Shown here: in pieces, positions 16,995-23,564 of the stretch | Layout of the letters: each line of letters begins with the position of its first letter | Numbering within the stretch: the stretch's first letter is position 1 | IMG/VR virus record: IMGVR_UViG_3300012667_000102 | Coordinates: 1-27,994 of that record | Strand: one strand, 5' to 3' | Length of the DNA stretch: 27,994 nucleotides | Source: a virus | Lineage: Duplodnaviria > Caudoviricetes | Translations under genes and position numbers: made by a program | Notes under the pieces: generated by a model | Databases searched by the model: none | Told to the model about the DNA's origin: nothing | Seen by the model: only the letters and a program-made list of their open reading frames with translations

Positions 16995-18233
16995 TTAAGC
17001 CAATGCATGGCCCCATCGTTGTGGTTTTAGTAGTTCTGGATCCACGTCTCTCTTCAACGGGAACATATAATCTATACAGTAAGAGGCAGCATCAAACATG
17101 TGATCAAAGCCACTATCTTTGTCTGGTATTTGTGTGCCTGGCTTGAATTGAAACTTCTCAAGACATTCTATCGTATATTTACACTTAGAACTGATAAACA
17201 GGCGAATAACGCCGTCTGCTGACCTCATTCTAGCATTGTAGCTGTTGATTCTGTCTCTAACTGCGTTGTGTCTTGTAGGGGCTTTAACAGCAAAGCCTGC
17301 GTTGGTGAGAATCGTAAAATCAGTTTGACCTCCAGCTGAGGTTTTCCGCTGCCGCCCAGCAGGGTCGGGATAGCATACGATCTTACTCTTTGGATATCTA
17401 TTTTTAAGCTCATCAGCAAGTTCCTGTGTATTTGAGTTTTCCATATGTATTTCGTCTACTTGATACATCATGTTGCCTTGTTGCACAAATATGGCTGCTG
17501 TAATAGGACTTACGTTGAAGTCCATGCCCACATGCAACAGGCTTAAATCAGGAGTTGGGAGTTCTCTAATGTGATCCTTACGATCAAACTCCCATGCAAC
17601 AAGACTCTGACCAACTACAAAGCTGGCTTCAAACTCTTGTTTAAATTGCTGTTCTGTCATTTCACTCTTGGCAGCTAGTATTTCGTCAGCACTGACAAAG
17701 CCACCTTCAAGTGTTGTATATTGGAAACTGGCCCATGTTTCAGGATGAGTTTCTGCCATGTTAAACATGTCAAATGCCCAGTTGTTTTTGCCCACAGGCG
17801 TTGTGATGAATAGTGCTGAGCCTTGTTGATCAGCTAGTGCTGGACGTATAACAGTATCCCAAGTTTCACTATCCATGAATGCAAACTCGTCAAATACTGC
17901 TGCTGATAGACTAACACCACGTAATGAGTCAGGATTATCAGCACCTTTGAGACTGATAATAGATCCATTCTTCAAGGTGAATTCTAAGTTAGTTTCATTA
18001 ATCTTCTTGACCCAACGTAGATCTAAGAGCTTTTGTTTGAGTCTTTTAAAAATAATAGTCCTTGACATTCTATATGTAGGACTAATGTAGTATACTTCTT
18101 TGTTGGGTTCACGAGCAATCTTACACATTTCACGAATAGCCAAGGTAGTTTTACCCCAACGTCGTCCGGCTATGACCACACGAAATCTGCGATCACAGTC
18201 AGCTACTGTTTGTTGTGTCTTGCTTAGTGCCAT
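16995..18233 (-). CDS. terL: Terminase large subunit
   Basis: Walker A AGRRWGKT, Walker B AVFDEFA, motif III ITTP, nuclease GMDFN and DHMFDAASY. Confidence 0.97.
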   Translation of the reverse strand: MALSKTQQTVADCDRRFRVVIAGRRWGKTTLAIREMCKIAREPNKEVYYISPTYRMSRTIIFKRLKQKLLDLRWVKKINETNLEFTLKNGSIISLKGADNPDSLRGVSLSAAVFDEFAFMDSETWDTVIRPALADQQGSALFITTPVGKNNWAFDMFNMAETHPETWASFQYTTLEGGFVSADEILAAKSEMTEQQFKQEFEASFVVGQSLVAWEFDRKDHIRELPTPDLSLLHVGMDFNVSPITAAIFVQQGNMMYQVDEIHMENSNTQELADELKNRYPKSKIVCYPDPAGRQRKTSAGGQTDFTILTNAGFAVKAPTRHNAVRDRINSYNARMRSADGVIRLFISSKCKYTIECLEKFQFKPGTQIPDKDSGFDHMFDAASYCIDYMFPLKRDVDPELLKPQRWGHALA

Positions 18234-18236
18234 TGA

Positions 18237-18674
18237 TTAAACAGTGTCATCCCAAGGTAATGGAGCGTTTGCTTCAGCATCAATAGGGCTGTCACTCATA
18301 CCTAGTAAGTTCTTGGCTAAGAATATTTGAACACTGGCGTGCATGTTCTTACAAGCATTATCCATCATAGCACGTCTTAATGTGATTCTTGCATCAGCAC
18401 GACCTTTTACTAATATATCCGCAAAGTTGTAGCGTAGAGTATCTTCTTTGATACCTAAGTATTCAGCAATGTCACGATCAGTGCAGCTGAGTGCTGCTAA
18501 CTTTCTAACATCTTCTGGATCTATGATCTTTTTATCACGGCCCACAGGCAAGCCCATATAAGTGCCTTCTACAAGCTCTTTGGGTTTAGGACCTGTTTTG
18601 CTTTTAGGTGCATGTGCAGCAATAGAGCCACTGTCTACTATGCTCTCAGAGGCGGGAATATTTTCTTCTGTCAT
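18237..18674 (-). CDS. terS: Terminase small subunit
   Basis: HTH segment (TDRDIAEYLGIKEDTL), IFLAKNLLGMSD; directly upstream of terL. Confidence 0.85.
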   Translation of the reverse strand: MTEENIPASESIVDSGSIAAHAPKSKTGPKPKELVEGTYMGLPVGRDKKIIDPEDVRKLAALSCTDRDIAEYLGIKEDTLRYNFADILVKGRADARITLRRAMMDNACKNMHASVQIFLAKNLLGMSDSPIDAEANAPLPWDDTV

Positions 18675-18677
18675 CTT

Positions 18678-18686
18678 GTATTTATT
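18678..18686 (-). promoter_or_regulatory. T4-late-like promoter box AATAAATAC for terS (probably leaderless)
   Basis: TAAATAC-AAG-ATG with no SD. Confidence 0.6.
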
Positions 18687-18692
18687 AGAGAC

Positions 18693-18718
18693 AAAAAAAA
18701 GACCCTGATAAATGGGTC
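18693..18718 (-). terminator. Intrinsic terminator
   Basis: GACCC-ATTTATCA-GGGTC followed by T8. Confidence 0.75.
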
Positions 18719-18814
18719 AAAACGCTGATATAAAATTCGGGGGAGTTAGGTAGCGCTACTTGTTTCCCCCACGACGCCTTGCAGTGCCGTAACACGGTCC
18801 TAAGGCAGTGTTAC
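18693..18814 (-). ncRNA. Candidate structured small RNA, about 120 nt
   Basis: Bounded by TAAATAC (18817-18823) and a terminator; GC-rich stems; no ORF with SD. Confidence 0.55.
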
Positions 18815-18816
18815 AA

Positions 18817-18823
18817 GTATTTA
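18817..18823 (-). promoter_or_regulatory. T4-late-like promoter box TAAATAC
   Basis: Same motif as elsewhere, placed just after a terminator. Confidence 0.55.
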
Positions 18824-18832
18824 AAACTTTAT

Positions 18833-18866
18833 CAAACAAAACCCCCTAGCTTTTTGGGCTAGAGGG
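18833..18866 (-). terminator. Intrinsic terminator
   Basis: CCCTCTAGC-CCAAAAA-GCTAGGGGG followed by TTTTGTTT. Confidence 0.75.
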
Positions 18867-18914
18867 AGTGTTCTATAGGGAAATTTGTAGCAGTGTCAGC
18901 AACTACATTTTTAT

Positions 18915-19121
18915 TTAGTGTTGATTGTTAATAACGTCTAGTTTATGACGTAATTCTAATAGATCTTGTTGCATTTCAGTTTGCCAACGTCTAAGTTTAA
19001 CATTCTCTCTGTTGACAGCATTGTGCGCTTGTATTAATGTGCTGATGTTAGCTTTGATCAATTCTAGTTCGACTCTAAGATCAATAAGCTCTTGCATGGG
19101 ATCGAAGGTAGGATCAATCAT
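18915..19121 (-). CDS. Hypothetical coiled-coil protein, 68 aa
   Basis: TAATG coupling to the upstream gene; GAGG SD. Confidence 0.7.
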   Translation of the reverse strand: MIDPTFDPMQELIDLRVELELIKANISTLIQAHNAVNRENVKLRRWQTEMQQDLLELRHKLDVINNQH

Positions 19122-19528
19122 TACTTTCCTCTTGACTGCATAACTCTATCTCTGGCCTTGCGTAGTTGTTCAAGACGAGTCATTACTATTACATTATCAC
19201 GTGTCCATGCACCGTCATCATCAATGCGTGTAAGTGTGAGATTTTCTGGCTTACGTCCTCTATTAAGGAATTCACCTGGTTTGCTCCATATGTCCTGCCA
19301 GTCTTCCCAAGTAAGATCGTATGGTTCACTGCGATAGTGTGCTTGACTTCTGTGTTTGGCCCAAGCATAATACTTTTCGTGGTCTAATGGATCAGGACCA
19401 CTTACCCAGTTTTCAGGAAACATCTTACGTGGTTTACCGTATTTGTTTTTTACTGAAACCTTTTTAGGTGCGTATCTAAAACTTGTGATTATTTCTTCAG
19501 TGACTATAACTGCTCTAGTATTCTTCAT
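19121..19528 (-). CDS. HNH-related endonuclease-like protein, possibly degenerate
   Basis: LTWEDWQDIW...RGRK...LTRIDDDGAWTRDNV pattern of a phage HNH-like family. Confidence 0.6.
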   Translation of the reverse strand: MKNTRAVIVTEEIITSFRYAPKKVSVKNKYGKPRKMFPENWVSGPDPLDHEKYYAWAKHRSQAHYRSEPYDLTWEDWQDIWSKPGEFLNRGRKPENLTLTRIDDDGAWTRDNVIVMTRLEQLRKARDRVMQSRGK

Positions 19529-19531
19529 TGT

Positions 19532-19540
19532 GTATTTATT
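19532..19540 (-). promoter_or_regulatory. T4-late-like promoter box AATAAATAC (probably leaderless gene)
   Basis: TAAATAC-ACA-ATG with no SD. Confidence 0.6.
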
Positions 19541-19554
19541 GGAATTAAATAAAA

Positions 19555-19719
19555 TCAGGCTTTTTTCAGAGCGGCCAACATGTTTAGATACTTGGTCTCT
19601 AGTTCAAGTGCTGCTCTATATTTTTCGCTGTGGATCTTTTGCAAGCCTCGGGCGTATTCAATGTTTGCTTGAACGGCTGCTGGTCCTAGTAGAGGTTTTG
19701 GGTCTTGTTTTGTTTGCAT
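19555..19719 (-). CDS. Hypothetical protein, 54 aa (not in ORF track)
   Basis: MQTKQDPKPLLGPAAVQANIEYARGLQKIHSEKYRAALELETKYLNMLAALKKA; AAGGA upstream. Confidence 0.55.
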   Translation of the reverse strand: MQTKQDPKPLLGPAAVQANIEYARGLQKIHSEKYRAALELETKYLNMLAALKKA

Positions 19720-19876
19720 CTTTAACTTCCTTTAAAAAAATATCTAACTCTGTCTGACTTTCAAAATAGCGTAAGGTGGTTTGTTCGTTAGAGTCAATCC
19801 ATACCTTGTAGGTAACTGCGTCTTGTTTGGCTTTTGGATCCCACCAATTAATCTCTTTTATGCGTGTGACTTTCAT
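19658..19876 (-). CDS. Hypothetical protein, 72 aa
   Basis: ATGA overlap with the upstream gene; GAGGT SD. Confidence 0.65.
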   Translation of the reverse strand: MKVTRIKEINWWDPKAKQDAVTYKVWIDSNEQTTLRYFESQTELDIFLKEVKDANKTRPKTSTRTSSRSSKH

Positions 19877-20091
19877 ACAAATACCTCTGGGCTAATGTCA
19901 AACTCTCGAGCTAGTAACTGTTTGATTGGGGCTGCTCTACGATTATAGATTACTGTATATTCATGTGGTGGTCTGAATTGCACAGTTCCATTCTTAACCC
20001 AGTGTTCTAGTCCTTTGAGTCTAAGCTGTTGGTTGATGTGAAATCTAAAATCTGTATCAGAGTATGCTTGTGGTTTAACTGTTATGATCAT
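19873..20091 (-). CDS. Hypothetical protein, 72 aa
   Basis: ATGA overlaps at both ends. Confidence 0.65.
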   Translation of the reverse strand: MIITVKPQAYSDTDFRFHINQQLRLKGLEHWVKNGTVQFRPPHEYTVIYNRRAAPIKQLLAREFDISPEVFV

Positions 20092-20234
20092 TTATAGGCC
20101 CAATCTCTAAGATAGTTTCGTTGTGCAGAGCAAAGTTTGCCGCAGGGCGTTGGTTGTAGTTGATTACGTGTGCAAGGACTAATACACTTAGATTCAACCT
20201 GACACCATACTACTATTCTATTATATGAACTCAT
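20088..20234 (-). CDS. Hypothetical Cys-rich protein, 48 aa (not in ORF track)
   Basis: MSSYNRIVVWCQVESKCISPCTRNQLQPTPCGKLCSAQRNYLRDWAYK; ATGA overlaps at both ends; GGAG SD. Confidence 0.6.
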   Translation of the reverse strand: MSSYNRIVVWCQVESKCISPCTRNQLQPTPCGKLCSAQRNYLRDWAYK

Positions 20235-20410
20235 TCAAATATATCTCCGTATTTCATTACTATGGCAGTGTGGCTCTTAGAAGCTTTAAGCACAAAGAAA
20301 CAATTATAGTCTTCTCTGTATTCTACATCTGGCAGTGTATGAAGCCATCTAGCTCGTATGCCCAATGAGATCAAACGGAAGTCATCAATTCTCAAGTATT
20401 CAAGTTTCAT
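20231..20410 (-). CDS. Hypothetical protein, 59 aa (not in ORF track)
   Basis: MKLEYLRIDDFRLISLGIRARWLHTLPDVEYREDYNCFFVLKASKSHTAIVMKYGDIFE; AAGGA SD; coupled to its neighbours. Confidence 0.65.
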   Translation of the reverse strand: MKLEYLRIDDFRLISLGIRARWLHTLPDVEYREDYNCFFVLKASKSHTAIVMKYGDIFE

Positions 20411-20762
20411 AAGAGTTGTCCTTAATCCAGTCTTCTAATAGAATTTTTCTTAACCAAGATCCAGGATGTGTGATTGGATACTGATAAGTTGGGTTAAGGA
20501 ACAAGTAGATTGTTTCTTGACCTATATACAATGCCATATGTATTCTATTATCTGGATAAAAGCAGATTGCACTAGATACACCATCAACTTGGCATCTATC
20601 TAATTTACTTTTAGATGATTTTGATAATTTGTAATCTCCAAGATCATCTAGATCAAATCCCATATAAATTTCATCTTTTATATTAGGAAATCTAAGATAT
20701 ACTGTTGCTGTATTTCTTTTATGATCCTGAAATACTGTCACACTTAGGTCATTAATTGCCAT
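20400..20762 (-). CDS. Hypothetical protein, 120 aa
   Basis: AAGGA SD; first gene of a coupled run. Confidence 0.7.
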   Translation of the reverse strand: MAINDLSVTVFQDHKRNTATVYLRFPNIKDEIYMGFDLDDLGDYKLSKSSKSKLDRCQVDGVSSAICFYPDNRIHMALYIGQETIYLFLNPTYQYPITHPGSWLRKILLEDWIKDNSYET

Positions 20763-20794
20763 TTTTTATTCCTTTAAGATTATTAGAGATAACA

Positions 20795-21190
20795 TTCTAG
20801 GACTAACAAGTTAGTCCTATTAGATATATGCATTCAGTTTCGCTTTAGCTCAACTTCATTCATATATCTAATATAGTTGTCTTTCAAACAGATATATTTT
20901 AAAAATAAACTATATTAAAAAAAGATCTGATGAAGAAGTCAAGAGGACGGCTATAGGATTCGCCAATAAAAAAAATATTGACTGGTCCCAGCCGTCTCCT
21001 CAACTACATCAAATCACTTATGAATATAGTCCCTTGCGGGGAGGACTTACTAAATCTTTAACTAGATGCTTGACTATGTGCAACTAGACCCTTGCGGGCG
21101 ATTTGGGCGTGCCACTGTTGGTATAGAGCCTAGTAAGAAACTCTATCAGCGGGGAAACAATTAGCCGTCATATACGTTTCCCATTTTAGT
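20795..21190. other. Non-coding array of hairpins (large ncRNA and/or replication origin)
   Basis: At least seven adjacent inverted repeats, no ORF of 60 aa or more. Confidence 0.55.
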
Positions 21191-21194
21191 CACC

Positions 21195-21545
21195 TTATGC
21201 AGGTGTTATTTGTCTGCGTGCCTTAATCTTTTGCCTTATTACATCGCGTGCTTCTAGTTTGAGCCTTCTTATGTAATTGATTCTTTCGCCTATGCCTAGT
21301 AATTGATTTAGATGCTTTTTCTTTAAGGGTCTACGCTTTTTATAGCAACTATCCCATAATAGATAAACTTGTAGCCTTTGCTTTGCTTTAAATTCTTTTT
21401 GATATTCGTCTATGAACTTGACTAATACGATTACATCATCGATTTGAGGATGATCTTGCAAGTCTTGATAGTGTATGCCTTGTGTTCTGCACCAATAACG
21501 AGTCAAATGCTCTAATTCTTCGTGCGTGAATTGTCTAGCTGTCAT
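21195..21545 (-). CDS. Hypothetical basic protein, 116 aa
   Basis: K/R-rich C-terminal half; TATATAC directly before the ATG. Confidence 0.7.
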   Translation of the reverse strand: MTARQFTHEELEHLTRYWCRTQGIHYQDLQDHPQIDDVIVLVKFIDEYQKEFKAKQRLQVYLLWDSCYKKRRPLKKKHLNQLLGIGERINYIRRLKLEARDVIRQKIKARRQITPA

Positions 21546-21575
21546 AGTATATATCGCCTAGAGAAATGCCTAATT

Positions 21576-21740
21576 TTAATCTTGATTAGCCTGTTGTATG
21601 ATTTCCACATCTCGTTGGCTAAGCCATTGAATGTGCTTGTTGCATTCTACACAGCGTAAGGCAGCATAATGTGGGCCCAATCCACGAGTTAAGTGTATTT
21701 TGACCTGGTGGCTGTCGTGCTTGTTTAATTTAGTTAACAT
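21576..21740 (-). CDS. Small Zn-finger-like protein, 54 aa (not in ORF track)
   Basis: MLTKLNKHDSHQVKIHLTRGLGPHYAALRCVECNKHIQWLSQRDVEIIQQANQD; AAGGAG SD. Confidence 0.7.
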   Translation of the reverse strand: MLTKLNKHDSHQVKIHLTRGLGPHYAALRCVECNKHIQWLSQRDVEIIQQANQD

Positions 21741-21799
21741 GTATCTCCTTACGCGGCTGTCGTTGCGTTTTTATATATTACACTATAGAATATTATAAG

Positions 21800-22132
21800 T
21801 CAATAGTGATTGGCTCTTTGTGCGTCCTGCTCTTGCCAAATGCTGTAGAGCTCTTCATAGACATCATTTGGATTGTCTGTTTGCCAAACTATAGTAATAC
21901 GGCTGTCTGCTGATATTAAGGCTTCTTTTTTGATTTGGCAACCCTTGATAACAAATCCATCTTCTGGACTGTCAATCAATCTTGACCAATATTTGTAGTT
22001 TCTGTTATTGGGATCAATGTAGGTGTGATACTCTAAACGATCCTGTCCACCAACTAGCACAATGTGATAAATTCGACCACCATGCTTTGATGTCATTGGG
22101 TGTTGTTTTAATACAATATATGGCTGACTCAT
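21800..22132 (-). CDS. Hypothetical protein, 110 aa
   Basis: AGGAG SD favours ATG 22132; TAAATAC box upstream. Confidence 0.7.
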   Translation of the reverse strand: MSQPYIVLKQHPMTSKHGGRIYHIVLVGGQDRLEYHTYIDPNNRNYKYWSRLIDSPEDGFVIKGCQIKKEALISADSRITIVWQTDNPNDVYEELYSIWQEQDAQRANHY

Positions 22133-22149
22133 GCTCAATCTCCTATATT

Positions 22150-22157
22150 GTATTTAC
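22150..22157 (-). promoter_or_regulatory. T4-late-like promoter box GTAAATAC
   Basis: After a terminator, 17 nt before the ATG at 22132. Confidence 0.55.
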
Positions 22158-22195
22158 TAGAATACTTAAAAAATGGCTTGTAATGGTTAAATTTT

Positions 22196-22225
22196 AGTCA
22201 AAACAAAGCCCCTTGCGGGGCCTTT
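22196..22225 (-). terminator. Intrinsic terminator, copy 1 of a 26-bp direct repeat
   Basis: GCCCC-GCAA-GGGGC-TTTGTTTT; 22196-22221 equals 22543-22568. Confidence 0.85.
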
Positions 22226-22384
22226 TTATTTCTTTTCTAGTGCAGTTGCTATTCTTTCTAACTGCTGTCCAATGTATGCTAGATTATTGTAATCATCTAC
22301 ACTCATTCTTACTATAATATCTTCTGCTACTGGAATGCTTTGTATTGCATCAACTAATCTGTCAATTTGTTCTTTGCTTACCAT
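22226..22384 (-). CDS. Hypothetical early protein, 52 aa (not in ORF track)
   Basis: MVSKEQIDRLVDAIQSIPVAEDIIVRMSVDDYNNLAYIGQQLERIATALEKK; AAGGA SD; promoters upstream, terminator right after the stop. Confidence 0.75.
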   Translation of the reverse strand: MVSKEQIDRLVDAIQSIPVAEDIIVRMSVDDYNNLAYIGQQLERIATALEKK

Positions 22385-22420
22385 TTTTTATCCTTTATAT
22401 CTGCTTTCGCATTACAGTCT

Positions 22421-22449
22421 ATTATACAGCCGTGAGACAATATAGCCAA
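22421..22449 (-). promoter_or_regulatory. Sigma70-type promoter
   Basis: TTGGCT-17 nt-TATAAT. Confidence 0.65.
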
Positions 22450-22498
22450 CCAGTTTGGCTATCTTTATTTTGGACACGGTGGTTGATGCCGTATATTG

Positions 22499-22527
22499 AT
22501 TATACAGTTTATATTTGGCGTTTGCAA
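22499..22527 (-). promoter_or_regulatory. Sigma70-type promoter
   Basis: TTGCAA-17 nt-TATAAT. Confidence 0.65.
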
Positions 22528-22542
22528 ATCTATTGAGCAACA

Positions 22543-22572
22543 AGTCAAAACAAAGCCCCTTGCGGGGCTTTG
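22543..22572 (-). terminator. Intrinsic terminator, copy 2 of the 26-bp direct repeat
   Basis: AAAGCCCC-GCAA-GGGGCTTT-GTTTT. Confidence 0.85.
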
Positions 22573-22738
22573 CCAAAACGAGGAGTTTTGTCTGGATGGG
22601 TTATTGAAAGTGACAGCCTTCATAACGGAGATTTGCTTGATAGTCAACGGATAGAACAAAAACCTCAAGCAGTGCCGCATCCAGTGTGCATTGGGTGGAT
22701 AAAAGGTAATGGCATTAACCCTCGGGGACCCCGCACAC
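22547..22738 (-). ncRNA. Candidate structured small RNA, about 190 nt
   Basis: CTAAATAA box at 22741-22748, several stems, ends in a terminator. Confidence 0.5.
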
Positions 22739-22740
22739 AA

Positions 22741-23220
22741 TTATTTAGTAGGCTTCTTATAAACAGGCTTTAAAACAGGCTGTTTTACCTCTTCTGTATT
22801 TTCTCTAATTGGTTCAGGTTTATTATTAACCCAAGCAGCATACGTGCTGTGGCTTTCTTTGTTTGCCACTGTGTATTTGCCAGTAAATGGATTTTGAACT
22901 AGCCCACAAGCCTTGCAGTTTTTACGTCTGTGCTGTTTTGGATTTTCATAAACTTTTATGTCAACAACTCTATCACTGACCACTAGCTCGCAATCCTCAC
23001 ATACAGCCGTAACAGGCTTCATCTTTTTGATAACCCATCCTAGTGTTTGATTGTTATCGGCATCAACAACGAATTCACGGCCGTTGCGATATATCTCCGC
23101 AGGTTCAGTAACTTCACGAACAGCAGCACTTCTTGGAACTTTTATTTGCTTGAGTTCAGCAAACTCTTCTAATTTCTTTTTGAATAAATCTGGGTCCATA
23201 CAGTAATTAGCAGGACCCAT
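22741..23220 (-). CDS. Hypothetical protein with two CxxC pairs (Zn ribbon), about 159 aa
   Basis: CEDC...CKAC; start could be the second Met. Confidence 0.7.
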   Translation of the reverse strand: MGPANYCMDPDLFKKKLEEFAELKQIKVPRSAAVREVTEPAEIYRNGREFVVDADNNQTLGWVIKKMKPVTAVCEDCELVVSDRVVDIKVYENPKQHRRKNCKACGLVQNPFTGKYTVANKESHSTYAAWVNNKPEPIRENTEEVKQPVLKPVYKKPTK

Positions 23221-23236
23221 TTTAACTTATATCAAA

Positions 23237-23560
23237 TTAGGCACTGCGATTTAACACTTTAACACGGAAGAATCTGCGATCAACTAATCCGTCAGTGGTA
23301 GTAACTTCAGCAGTAACACTATATGTTTTGCCCTCTTGACCGTCGCTGAGTTCAATATAGGTCTTAGTTCCTTGCAGCCCACTACTGACTTCTAGTAATG
23401 GATCTGGGTCATTGACTCTAGCAGCAATGGTAAAATCAACTGCACTTAGGCTGTCCCCTGCTGGCAACCAATTGACCCAATCAAGAGTATAAGTCAATTG
23501 TGCTTCTGGGTCTTTCTCAATGGTTAGACCTTGGATGGTTTGGTAAAATCCTGTTGTCAT
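23237..23560 (-). CDS. Small Ig-like virion protein (fibre adaptor-like), 107 aa
   Basis: KDPEAQLTYTLDWVNWL...LSDGQEGKTYSVT..VTT.DG..DRR.F.VKV pattern seen in phage virion regions. Confidence 0.65.
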   Translation of the reverse strand: MTTGFYQTIQGLTIEKDPEAQLTYTLDWVNWLPAGDSLSAVDFTIAARVNDPDPLLEVSSGLQGTKTYIELSDGQEGKTYSVTAEVTTTDGLVDRRFFRVKVLNRSA

Positions 23561-23564
23561 AATG

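Noticed and set aside
17176-17181. TAAATA inside terL, about 200 nt before the portal gene
   Set aside because: It lies in coding sequence and lacks the following C; it may be chance, so it was not counted as a promoter
17225-17419. 64-aa minus-strand ORF
   Set aside because: Out-of-frame overlap inside terL with no support
18803-18813. TAACACTGCC resembles the 5' part of a twister ribozyme
   Set aside because: The remaining twister core and pseudoknot partners are not evident
22465-22740. 91-aa minus-strand ORF over the candidate sRNA
   Set aside because: Non-ATG start, no SD, and it runs through a strong terminator and a promoter
23222-23233. 12-mer GATATAAGTTAA before ORF 23220, also at 26497-26508 before ORF 26486
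   Set aside because: Could be a promoter variant, but two copies of an AT-rich 12-mer are expected by chance in 28 kb
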